The notes: generated by a model from the sequence alone, not told the origin. A stretch of DNA of 26,238 nt from Octopus sinensis (GCF_006345805.1 NW_021835600.1:1-26238), one strand, 5' to 3'; shown: positions 10,050 through 21,301, numbered from the stretch's first letter. Numbers and translations are program-made.

Positions 10050-10590
10050 ACAATTGCAACTACACCCCATAGCTGAGAGTGAATCATGTTCGTAGAGCAC
10101 ATCGTACCTACTGCAAACCGGCCGCAAATATTTATTCCATTTACCCAGAATCGACAGGTAATCAGGTTAGGAACTGGCTGTGCCTTAGGGGAAGCATATG
10201 GAAGAAACATAGGAGAGAAAAGTTGCCAAATATCTGGAGCTCGAAGAGATTGGAGGAAGTCATGGCTCGCTGGCAATTTGCGAGTGAAATGTGTAGGATG
10301 GCAAGGTTTTGTAGATCACTTTGCCAAGTTCTGACCGGGCTTGGAATTACTGGTGCAAGAAAGAGGTGAACTCATATTTCCATCACAGAAGGCATAGAGA
10401 AAGCATCTGGATGGCTTTTGTGAAAGAGGGCAGACCCGTAGCTTCTGATTGTAACAGGGATGCTAGGCTAAACTTGATCAACTCAGACTGTGGCTATCTA
10501 GATTGAGCGCCTGATGATGAAAGATCTGAAAACCCTATGATCGCAGGAACATTGTATATGATGCATCGAAGTACATCCATTATAACTGGA
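10050..10590 (+). mobile_element. HERO-like non-LTR retrotransposon 3' fragment (restriction-like endonuclease plus 3' UTR), degenerate
   Basis: Frameshifted translation FVEHIVPTANRPQI...QVIRL/ELAVP*...ERKVAKYLEL...SLCQVLTGLGITGARKR follows the HERO RLE pattern RPD..ELTVPWE..ERKxAKY..LGITG. The 3' UTR also resembles HERO from memory. Confidence 0.75.
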
Positions 10591-10600
10591 ATTAAAGGAA

Positions 10601-10676
<76 letters not shown>

Positions 10677-10677
<1 letters not shown>

Positions 10678-10768
10678 TTGACGGGCCAGACAATCAGATG
10701 TTCTAACACATCGCTGGTCACGATGTGCTTTGCATCGATTTAGCATTCGAATGACGCCACCACCCTGA
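10677..10768 (-). mobile_element. SINE family C 3' fragment
   Basis: ccagacaatcagatgtt...catcgctggtcac...gaatgacgccac matches 6435-6510. Confidence 0.75.
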
Positions 10769-11077
10769 TCCAAAATAATACTTTTAATTAATATATTTAC
10801 TCAATGCTTTCAATTAAATTTTTTAAAAACATTGATTGTGTATGCGGGCGTTCATTTACTTGATTATAATCCTCATCGGTTATAAAAGTAGAAAATCTGC
10901 GGATTTTCAGGAATATGTTTGATGTGACAAACAACCTCGGGATCACTATCTGCTCGATAGCCTTGATCCTTGGATGAGCTTAAGTGAATAAATTCTAAGA
11001 TTAAATCCCAAACGAAATAGCTAGATAATACATGCTAGCTAGATCGCTCGATCGATAGATAGAGAGAAAGGGAGAGC

Positions 11078-11079
11078 TG

Positions 11080-11149
<70 letters not shown>

Positions 11150-11150
11150 C

Positions 11151-11208
<58 letters not shown>

Positions 11209-11281
11209 GTAGATTGATTGATTGATTATTGAATGATTGATGCATATATAGATATATAGATAAATAGATTGATTATTGAAT

Positions 11282-11325
<44 letters not shown>
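11078..11325. repeat. (GATA)n array with (GATT)n interruptions
   Basis: Read directly. Abuts the 3' end of Tx1 copy 1. Confidence 0.95.
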
Positions 11326-11492
11326 TGTTTCTTTATTAGCCACACAGGGCTGCACACAGATAGAACAAATTACAAGGTAGAGCTTTCTTTTGAAGGTATT
11401 AAAAAAAAAAAAAAAAAAAAAAAGAGGAAGGGGGAGGTTCGATCAAAAGGGATCGTAAAAGGAGAGAAAGAGGACAAAAATAAGGGGGTTTA

Positions 11493-11524
<32 letters not shown>

Positions 11525-12698
11525 GAGAGGAAAAAAAAATGATCAATAGGGATCGTTATCACAGAAATGTCAATATGAAGTGTAAAGGGGAGGACAGGTG
11601 AGGTTTACCCGTGGAAAGAAAAGCCTGCGGAAAAGACCACGGTAACCTCGGTCAATGAAGTCACATTTTATATTTCTTTTTTTTTTTTTTTTTTTTTTTT
11701 TGCAAATAAGCAACTCTCTGTTTTCGATTTCTGGGTTCATAGGACTATGCTCAAAGTGGCTTCGTCATTCATACGTGCCATTCTTGCTACATTCACCCAT
11801 CTTTTTTTAAAACATTCGCTAGACAAACTTGCCTCTCTACTCTCACTTTCCTTTTCAAGTGGTACTTGAAGAAGTTGATGAGAGATTGACCAGAGAGGAA
11901 AGTGTTGGTCTCCAATCCTTTCAGACGCGTCCACCAGATACATTCTTTCGCCATAGCCACAAGGATGATGAAAATAGCTCTTCCTCCTTCCGTTGAAGGA
12001 AGGAGGCGTGACAAATATTGACGATAGACTCAGCTGATAACCGACTCGTCCCACACGTGACAGCAGTTGTTCGACATAAGCCCACAGGTCGGAAATTGTT
12101 GGACACTGAACGAGTGCGTGCAGAACGGTTTCGTCGCTCTGACCGCATCTCGGGCAGGTCGGCCCCGTGTTTCTCGAGCCGTGTCTGTAGAGCTTATCCC
12201 GAACGGGTAGCGCTTCTCGGTAGCACTGCCAGGCCAGGGATCTCTGAAGTTGTCCATGGGCCCTGGCCCGAAAGTCGTCCCGAACAGCGGGTCAGGTACT
12301 CCTCGTCGACGTCCGGTTCGCCCCGAGCTCGTCGTCGTACCTCCCCTCCACTAAACCCCTATAGAATGCTTTGTTGTGTTGAAGTCACTTAGGTCGACCC
12401 CGGACGGCAGAGTTGCTTGAGAGCAACGCGACACTCGCGGTGCCATTCCCCCTTCCTCGGCCTCTTTTTGATCCACGACTGCAGTTCGGTCATGGAGACA
12501 AGCTGCGGGGAAAGCGTGCCTCACAAACGGCGACCACACCTGTTCACCGTCGTCTACATAGAGCCAGAGATGTCGCAGTCTCAGCGCGTGTCTGCGCATC
12601 ATCAACCACGGCCATGCCCAGCCCTCCTTTTAACGGGTGTTGACAGCAAATGGATCGCCTGACCATCGGGACGCATCCTTTCCACAAGAAGCGAAAGA
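11326..12698 (-). mobile_element. Tx1/L1-clade non-LTR retrotransposon, 5'-truncated copy 1
   Basis: Minus translation FRFLWKGCVPMVRRSICCQHPLKGGLGM (L1/Tx1 motif) leads into the CPRC..ETVLH..VQC zinc knuckle. Stop at 11737, about 410-nt 3' UTR, AATAAA at 11337-11332. Confidence 0.9.
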
Positions 12699-12765
12699 GA
12701 GATAGATAGATAGATAGATAGATAGACAGACAGGCAGACAGACAGACAGACAGACATACAGATAG
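12699..12765. repeat. (GATA)n(GACA)n array at the 5' junction of Tx1 copy 1
   Basis: Read directly. Confidence 0.95.
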
Positions 12766-12773
12766 GTATTTAG

Positions 12774-12831
12774 GAAATAACGTAACAGGAACCTGGACTG
12801 TGTATTCAAGAGTTTGTTGTTATGCAACAAA
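12774..12831 (+). CDS. Weak candidate small exon (xNNVTGTWTVYSRVCCYAT)
   Basis: Bounded by tatttAG and a consensus GTAAGT donor. Only one of three phases is open. The polypyrimidine tract is poor. Confidence 0.2.
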
Positions 12832-13024
12832 GTAAGTTTGGTTAACAGGGAAGATGGAACTTACTTAGGGTAAGTCTGTTGCCAGCCACCACTGGGTTTA
12901 CTAAAACTGCTACAGTTGAATTTTTTATAGTCGGGATTCAGTACGATATCCCAAAGAAATAACCTTAGTATGAAACCACTTGTATTACTTTAGATTTTAC
13001 CTGACCTGGTCTGCTTTTTCTGTC

Positions 13025-13247
13025 ATAGTTGTAGTAGTGGTAGTAGTTGTGGTAGCAGGAGAAGTAGTGATAATGTCAGTTGTGGTGTTAGTAGTAGTAG
13101 TAGTGGTGATGGCAGAGTTTGTGTTAGTAGTAGCAGTAGTAGTAGTGGAGGCGATGGTGGTAGTAATAGTAGTGTTAGTGGAGCGATGGAAGCGGTGATG
13201 GTGAAGGTGGTTTGGGCGATTGTGGTGGTGATAGTGTCGGCAGCAGT

Positions 13248-13284
<37 letters not shown>

Positions 13285-13340
13285 AAGTAGTAGTAGTAGT
13301 AGTTGTTGTAGTAGTAAGTGGTGATGGTGGTGGTGGTAAC
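13025..13340. repeat. Degenerate trinucleotide array (GTA/GGT/GCA)
   Basis: Read directly. Confidence 0.9.
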
Positions 13341-13529
13341 GTTATCAGTTACAATACCGCAAAGCAAACAGCTCGGTGCAGTTTTCTCACATAACATACA
13401 CATACATAACATTCATACACATATACATACCGACACACACACACACACATGCACATACTCATATATGCACACACCGAAAAACACACACACGGTCATGCAC
13501 AAACTCAGTACGCACACACATAAAGTACT

Positions 13530-13569
<40 letters not shown>

Positions 13570-13613
13570 CGCATGCACTCACACATATATATATATACAT
13601 ACGCATGCACTCA

Positions 13614-13644
<31 letters not shown>

Positions 13645-13805
13645 ACGCATGCACGCATACACACACGTGCACGTGCGCGCAATCACACACAGACACAGAC
13701 ACACACACACACACGCATGCACGCACGTACACACGGACCGACCCAAGAAGCAAAGATTAATTCAAGCATCATTTTCACATAGAACGAGGATGACCCAACA
13801 GAAAA

Positions 13806-13844
<39 letters not shown>

Positions 13845-14285
13845 GTATAAAAAAAACATACAAAAATAAAAATTAAAACAATAGACAGAGAGAATAATAC
13901 GTTGCAATTGAGATAACCAAGCGTGATAAACTTTTCCACTATATTTACAGTTTGGGAAGAAACTCCACCAACACAATACTCTCTCGCACCCCCAGCCAAA
14001 AAATAAATAAAGAAATACAATTAAAAAATTAAACAATAAAAATAAAGATATAAAGGTGACCTTTGAAAACGAGAGGCCATTAGATTTGAATCTCACGTCT
14101 GTCAGAGATTTTTGCCAATGTTGTCTGTTAGTTCCACTACTACTTGGTACTATAATCAACTCGAGTTCCTGCAAACTGGTCTTTCAGCCAGACATTGTGA
14201 CTACAGTCTTGACTCATGACGGAAACTTAAAGCTTCCATATGTATATTTATTTATTTTATTCATATTATATATTTGATTTATTCC

Positions 14286-14685
14286 GCAGGAGTGGCTGTG
14301 TGGTAAGTAGCTTGCTTACCAACCACATGGTTCCGGGTTCAGTCCCACTGCGTGGCACCTTGGGCTAGTGTCTTCTACTATAGCCTCGGGCCGACCAGAG
14401 CCTTGTGAGTGGATTTGGTAGACGGAAACTGAAAGAAGCCCGTCGTATATATGTATATATATATATATATATATATGTATGCGTGTTTGTGTGTCTGTGT
14501 TTGTGCCCCAAGCATTGCTTGACAACCGATGCTGGTGTGTTTATGTGTCCCCGTCACTTAGTGGTTCGGCAAAAGAGACCGATAGAATAAGTACTGGGCT
14601 TACAAAAGAATAAGTCCCGGGGTCGAGTTGCTCGAATAAAGGCGGTGCTCCAGCATGGCCGCAGTCAAATGACTGAAACAAGTAA
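14286..14685 (+). mobile_element. SINE family A, full length
   Basis: tRNA-like head (ggttcagtccc B-box), internal (TA)(TG) tract, tail ggcggtgctccagcatggccgcagtcaaatgactgaaacaag. Confidence 0.9.
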
Positions 14686-14714
14686 TAGATTAATCTGTTT
14701 TTTTTCTTTTATTA

Positions 14715-15047
14715 TTCTGTTACTTGTTTCACTCATTTGACTGCGACCATGCTGGAGTACAGCCTGTTTTTAGTCATTGCGAGGACGTAAACACACCAAC
14801 ATCGTTTTTCATGCGATGGTGGAGGTGGTGGTGGTGGTGGTAGTGGTGAGACAATCACAGACACAAAGATACACATACACATACATACATATATACGACG
14901 GGCTTCTTTCAGTTTCTGTCTACCAAATTCATTTTGGTCGGCCAGAAGCTATAATAGAAGACAGTTGCTCAAGGTGGCATGCAGTGGGACTAAACCTGGA
15001 ACCATGTGGTTGGGGAGCAAGCTTCTTACCATACAGTCACTCCTGCG
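14715..15047 (-). mobile_element. SINE family A with deletions, tail-to-tail with the previous copy
   Basis: Reverse-complement match to 14286-14685, with an internal (GGT)n tract. Confidence 0.85.
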
Positions 15048-15403
15048 CCTACGATTTATTTATTTGATTATCTGTTTATTCATTTAATTCTTGTCTTGTT
15101 TCAGTTATTGGACTGCAGCCATACTAGGGTATCGACATGTAATACTAAGAAATAAGCATACTCAATTTGATTTATACCAAATAATTTACGAAGGTGAATG
15201 GATTATTTCACTTGGCTATAATAAGGATCCTTGCCAGGAGCGAATGAGTTATGTTCCATGGATGTTCAAAACATATTTATTTGTTATATGTAGTAGATAT
15301 AAGGATTCCTTCCAGGGTGCCATAATAATCATTTTTTTCAACACATGATTTCTACTCACTTGTCAAGTTTCATAAAAATCGATAAAAAGATGCATACATA
15401 TAT

Positions 15404-15455
15404 GGCGGTGCCCCAGCATGGTCATAGCTCATGAGATGAAACTAAATCAAATCAA

Positions 15456-15460
<5 letters not shown>
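15404..15460 (+). mobile_element. Isolated 3' tail of CR1/L2-group LINE family 1, running into (AATC)->(TATC)n
   Basis: ggcggtgccccagcatggtcatagctcatgagatgaaacta matches the LINE end at 24490-24532. Confidence 0.7.
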
Positions 15461-15518
<58 letters not shown>

Positions 15519-15550
15519 GATCTATCTATCTATCTATCTATCTATCTATA

Positions 15551-15599
<49 letters not shown>

Positions 15600-15639
15600 A
15601 TATATTATAAACATATAGAAAATGGAAAGGTAATAATAA

Positions 15640-15810
15640 ATTATTATTTTATAAATGGAAAATTCACAAACATCCCTTACAGCTGTTTCGATTCCGATGC
15701 TCGGTAAATTGATTAATTAAAAATGAATTATTTGAAAGTCGAATATCTTCAGAGGTAACTAAAGATATACAAAATACATGTTCAATTTCATGTTGAGTAA
15801 ACAGCTGCAA
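15640..15810 (-). mobile_element. Penelope-like terminal fragment with a type-I hammerhead-like motif
   Basis: Minus strand 15755-15675 reads CCT-CTGAAGA-TATTCG...CGGAATC-GAAAC-AGCT-GT-A-AGG. Confidence 0.55.
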
Positions 15811-16073
15811 TTAAATATATATATACATATATAATATATATTATATATATATATATATATTATATATATATATATATATTATATATATATATAGTATGTA
15901 CGTATGTATAATATTGATATAGAAACATAGATATATGAATATATATGTATACTTAAACACACAAACAAGAACATACAAACACACGCATACACACCACACA
16001 CAGACATATATATGCGCATGCGTGAGTATGTGTGTATGTGTGTGCGTGTGTGTGTGTGCGCGCGTTTGTACAG

Positions 16074-16148
16074 CAAGCGTGAGGTTGACAGCACCTTTGG
16101 AGTGATGAACGACGTAGAAACTCCGACGTCACTACAGAATATCCTCAG
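16074..16148 (+). CDS. Candidate symmetric 75-nt exon (KREVDSTFGVMNDVETPTSLQNIL)
   Basis: Bounded by gtttgtacAG and CAG|GTtatt. Phase 2-2 is the only open phase. It is a balanced-GC island between repeats. Confidence 0.3.
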
Positions 16149-16309
16149 GTTATTAAAAAAAACTGTTTGCTTTTTTTGAATAAATGCATGGAGTGATGCT
16201 TTTATTAATCTTTAACCATTTTGAGAATGAATATACATCAAAACAAGCACACGAAGAAACAGGCACACATGCATATACGTGCGCACACAAACAATCGCAA
16301 AGATATATG

Positions 16310-16444
16310 CGAGTGTACCTTCGACTACCAAATTCATTCGGAAAGAATTGGGCGGCCACAGGCTATAGTGAAAAACACCTGCCTAAGATGTTAATTACTG
16401 GTACTGAAACCCAGACTAGGCGGAAGCAAAGCCATGTCGGCGCC
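16310..16444 (-). mobile_element. Very diverged SINE family A head
   Basis: taccaaattcattc...ggctatag...aaaacacctgcctaagatg...ctgaaaccc aligns loosely with family A. Confidence 0.45.
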
Positions 16445-16469
16445 TATATATATATATATATATATATAT

Positions 16470-16508
<39 letters not shown>

Positions 16509-16788
16509 AAGAGAGGGGAGGGAGGTATAGATAGATAGATAGATTGAAAGAGAGAGAGAGATACACGCATACACGCAGAAACACACACACATACATACAT
16601 ATATATATACATATATATATTTATTTGTATATACGTTGTATGTATACAAATATATGAACACATGTACACAGATATGTTTATTGTTATGCATATACATATA
16701 CTATATGTATGTATATCTATCTATCCTTCTCTCTCTCACATACTCTCTCTCTCACATACTCCCTCTCTCTCTCACTCTCTTTCTGTCT

Positions 16789-16853
<65 letters not shown>

Positions 16854-16964
16854 CACAGGCACACATTCACACACACGCACTGACACATATACATACACAT
16901 ATAGATATATAGATACAGACAGACAAACAGTTACTTAGATAGATACACAGACAGATAAATATAT

Positions 16965-16965
16965 G

Positions 16966-17047
<82 letters not shown>

Positions 17048-17065
17048 TAGATAGATAGATAGATA
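16965..17065. repeat. (GATA)n/(GACA)n array at the 3' end of Tx1 copy 2
   Basis: Read directly. Confidence 0.95.
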
Positions 17066-18280
17066 TGTTTCTTTATTAGCCACACAGGGCTGCACACAGA
17101 TAGAACAAATTACAAGTAGAGCTTTTCTTTTGAAGGTTTAAAAAAAAAAAAAAATGAAGGGGGGAGTTTCGATCACAAGGGATCGTAAAAGGAGAGAAAG
17201 AGGACAAAAAAAAGGGGGGTTAAAAAAAAAAAAAAGGGGGGAGAGGAAAAAAAAATGATCAATAGGGATCGTTATCACAGAAATGTCAATATGAAGTGTA
17301 AAGGGGAGGACAGGTGAGGTTTACCCGTGAAAGAAAGCCTACGGAAAAGACCACGGTAACCTCGTCAATGAAGTCACATTTTATATTTCTTTTTTTTTTT
17401 TTTTTGTTTTTTGCAAAATAAGCAACTCTCTGTTTTCGATTTCTGGGTTCATAGGACTATGCTCAAGGTGGCTTCGTCATTCATACGTGCCATTCTTGCT
17501 ACATTCACCCATCTTTTTTTAAAACATTCGCTAGACAAAACTTGCCTCTCTACTCTCACTTTCCTTTTCAAGTGGTACTTGAAGAAGTTGATGAGAGATT
17601 GACCAGAGAGGAAAGTGTTTGTCTCCAATCCTTTCAGACGCGTCCACCAGATACATTCTTTCGCCATAGCCACAAGGATGATGAAAATAGCTCTTCCTTC
17701 CCGTTTGAAGGAAGGAGGCGTGACAATATTGACGATAGACTCAGCTGATAAACCGACTCGTCCCACACGTGACAGCAGTTGTTCAACATAAGCCCACAGG
17801 TCGGAAATTGTTGGACACTGAACGAGTGCGTGCAGAACGGTTTCGTCGCTCTGACCGCATCTCGGGCAGGTCGGCCCCGTGTTTCTCGAGCCGTGTCTGT
17901 AGAGCTTATCCCGAACGGGTAGCGCTTCTCGGTAGCACTGCCAGGCCAGGGATCTCTGGAAGTTATCCATGGGCCCTGGCCGAAAGTCGTCCCGAACAGG
18001 CGGGTCAGGTACTCCTCGTCGACGTCCAGGTTCGCCCGAGCTCGTCGTCGTACCTCCCTCCACTAAACCCCTATAGAATGCTTTGGTTGTGTTGAAGTCA
18101 CTTAAGGTCGACCACCCGACGGCAGAGTTGCTTGAGAGCAACGCGACACTCGCGGTGCCATTCGCCCTTCCTCGGCCTCTTTTTGATCCACGACTGCAGT
18201 TCGGTCATGGAGACGAGCTGCGGGAAAGCGGCCTCACAAACGGCGACCACACCTGTTCACCGTCGTCTACATAGAGCCAG

Positions 18281-18284
<4 letters not shown>
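17066..18284 (-). mobile_element. Tx1/L1-clade non-LTR retrotransposon, 5'-truncated copy 2
   Basis: Near-identical to 11326-12571. ORF 17449-18141 contains LAWQCYREALPVRDKL...CPRCGQSDETVLHALVQC, the zf-RVT/CCHC region of an ORF2 C-terminus. Confidence 0.92.
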
Positions 18285-18355
<71 letters not shown>

Positions 18356-18365
18356 CAGACAGAGA
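18281..18365. repeat. (GATA)n array at the 5' junction of Tx1 copy 2
   Basis: Read directly. Confidence 0.95.
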
Positions 18366-19226
18366 GACACACAGCCAAGTATAGAAATCTACAAACATAC
18401 TCTGCATAGAGACACACAGATGATTTGTAGTCTTTGCTACGATATTTCCCATTAAGGGCCGAGGAAGTGTTTATCTTCCCGCGCATGTCTAATACCCAAA
18501 GCGTTTTGATTTCCTCAAATTAAGACATTTATAGATGAGAATGTTGCTGATTATCTGCTACCATAGAGACAGAATCGTTTCCAAGATAATATCATTTTAG
18601 ATGGTCATCTATCACTAAATGCATGAGTATAAGTGCACTTGCACACGCTCTGTACACACACACATGCATATATATATATGCGAACCACCCAGCGAACTTC
18701 CACCATGGGTCATCACAATTGCTTAAGGTAAAAATGAATTCCTCGCTCTTTCGGAAACATCAATCTTCTGTATTGACCGCTTTCCCCACTTTGATCTGTT
18801 TTTTGTATTGAATACGTATCGCCACCGTGGGCCACTGCATCGAACACTTTGAACATATACTTCAAACTATATATCACTATACATGAACTATATATCAACT
18901 ATACATGACTCTAAGATGTCTGACTCCGTTGTGTATTATAAATGATTTCTTGTGTTTGACGGCATGAGCTGTCTCTTTTATATATAACTTTTTTTGATAA
19001 GGTTCATTTCAGGAACTGAAACATGTTATAATGTATATATAAAAATTAAAAATTGTATAATACAGCAGCATTTTTCGAACTTCATTTTTTACAAATAATA
19101 TATATATATATATACATATATACAAACGCTAATGATGGTTCTATGTATATGCATATATCACCATTTATATCATTTGTAAATAATATTTTGTGCACATGTA
19201 TCCAATGCATATAAACGTATGATGTC

Positions 19227-21157
19227 TATCATCAATAGTCAGCGAAAAGCTGAAGAGGCCTGGGCCATTGAGAAGATCAAACTCAATCCCAAAGTGTTCT
19301 TTTCATTTGCAAAAAAACACAGAGTCACTGGTTCTACTGTGGCCCTCTGATTGATGAAAATGGTATTCTTCAAGACAATGCCAAAACCATGGGAGAAATA
19401 TTGCAGAAACAATATTGCTCTGTTTTCAGCAATCTGATATGACTGATCTGGGCTGTATCAGTGATGTTACTCCCCAATACACTTTCGGACATAACATTTG
19501 GCGCTCCTGATGTCTTAGCAGCAATAAAGGAAATGAAGCATAATTCAGCAGTAGGTCCCGATAGGTTCCTGCTTGTGTCTTGAAGATGTGTCAAAACCAA
19601 CTGGCACCCCTCTAGCCAATCTGTGGCGGACTCATTGGATGCTGGATATATACCAGAAGACCTTCTATCCCAGTCTGTTGTCCCAGTTTTCAAAAAAGGA
19701 AACAAATCGCTTGCCGTGAATTACCGTCCAATCTCACTCACCTCTCATATCATCAAGGTATTTGAGAGGGTGCTGAGATCGCGTATGACTCACTTCCTTG
19801 AGAGTCATAATATGCTGAACCCCAACCAGCATGGATTCCGTAATGGGAGAGATGCCTGACGCAGCTACTGCATCATTTTGATGACATTTTGAGAGCCTTG
19901 GAGAGGGTTTCAACACTGATGTCATCTACCTTGATTTCAGCAAGGCCTTTGACAGGGTTGATCATAAGATCCTCTGAGAAAGCTGTCCATATTGGTGTCA
20001 CTGGAAAGCTGCTGCAATGGATCAAGTGCTTCCTCTCTAACAGAACCAACATGTTGTAGTCGAAGGAGTCAAATCCAGCCCAGCCAAAGTCAGCAGTGGT
20101 GTCCCACAAGGCACTGTGTTGGGCCACTTCTCTTCATCATCTACATAAATGATATTACTGACACCATCAAACACAGCAACATCAGAACCTTCGCCTGATG
20201 ATTCCAAGCTCCAGAAGGTCATCAATGGCGTGGATGACCGAATAAACCTTCAGTCAGACCTACTGGCTGTTGTCCAATGGGCGGAAAAGAATAACATGTT
20301 GCTAAATGAAGACAAAATTCGAACTGATCCACTTTGGAAGGGAGGACGCTCTGAAACTCCCATACTCTCTTCCTTCTGGAAATTCTCATGGCATCCAACA
20401 ACATCAGAGACCTGGGAGTAACAGTGGACAACAACATAAGCTGGGCTACACATATAAGCAGCAAGTTGACATGGCCCGCAGAATGTGTTCCTGGATTCTC
20501 AGAACCTTCCAGTCGAGAGATTCCCACGCTATTATCCTTCTCTTCTCCACTTTTGCCCGACCCCACCTTGAATACTGCTGTCCACTGTGGTCTCCCTACA
20601 CAAAACAAAATATTATGAGAATTGAAGCTCCCCAAAGGTCAATCACAAAAAAGATAGATGGCATGTCAGATTGAGTACTGGGGGTAGACTAGAGAAGCTG
20701 AAATTGTATTCACTCCAACGACGCCGTGAACGCTACATTATCTGTATGATGTGGAAAATATTCCATCAGCACTGTCCGAATGATGTTGGCATCACCTTCA
20801 AATGCATCCAAGGCTTGGACCACGTGCCATCCGTCCACAACAAAATCTAAATCGCATCACATAACGACAATACGGCACAACTATTTCACCTCAATTGGAC
20901 CCGCTCTCTTCAACATTACACGGACACGTCAAAAAGAAACTGACCACACAAAATTCAAGAAGTCTTTGGACAAATTCCTTCAAACAGTACCGGACAAACC
21001 ATCCACACCCGGATATTCTCCGCAAACAATAACTCTCTGCTCGAATGGGCCTTGGTGCCCAAATCCTGAACTGAAAGACTTCGCCAGGTGGTGCTATTAA
21101 GTTAGACATGGCCTGGGCCAATACTGGCCAAAAACCTTTCTAAGTTATTCTAAGTTA
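19227..21157 (+). mobile_element. CR1/L2-group LINE family 2: 5'-truncated, frameshifted ORF2 RT domain plus 3' tail
   Basis: Motifs across frames: VVPVFKKG..NYRPISLTSH, QHGFR, YLDFSKAFDRVDH, GVPQGT.LGPLLFIIYIND, FADD (split by a 1-nt insertion), RPHLEYCCPLWSP, LYSLQRRRERY, DKFLQTVPDKP. The tail is the short tandem ttctaagtta. Confidence 0.92.
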
Positions 21158-21229
21158 TGTATGCATGTATGTATATATATATGTATATATATATATATAT
21201 ATAATATATATGTATATACATATATGTAC

Positions 21230-21301
<72 letters not shown>

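Noticed and set aside
10500-10545. CTGATGA...GAAA in the HERO 3' UTR as a hammerhead
   Set aside because: No helix II closes the core and there is no helix III with an NUH site, so the topology does not fit.
12980-13412. Thr-rich minus-strand ORF ending near a cag|gtaaaa donor
   Set aside because: The Thr frame shifts within the degenerate repeat, which is typical of non-coding trinucleotide tracts.
11326-18284. The two Tx1 copies as one segmental duplication or misassembly
   Set aside because: The 5' ends differ, there are several substitutions, and the flanks beyond the GATA arrays are unrelated.
18623-18898. Short unique-sequence ORFs on both strands
   Set aside because: No matched acceptor/donor pair and no recognisable motif.
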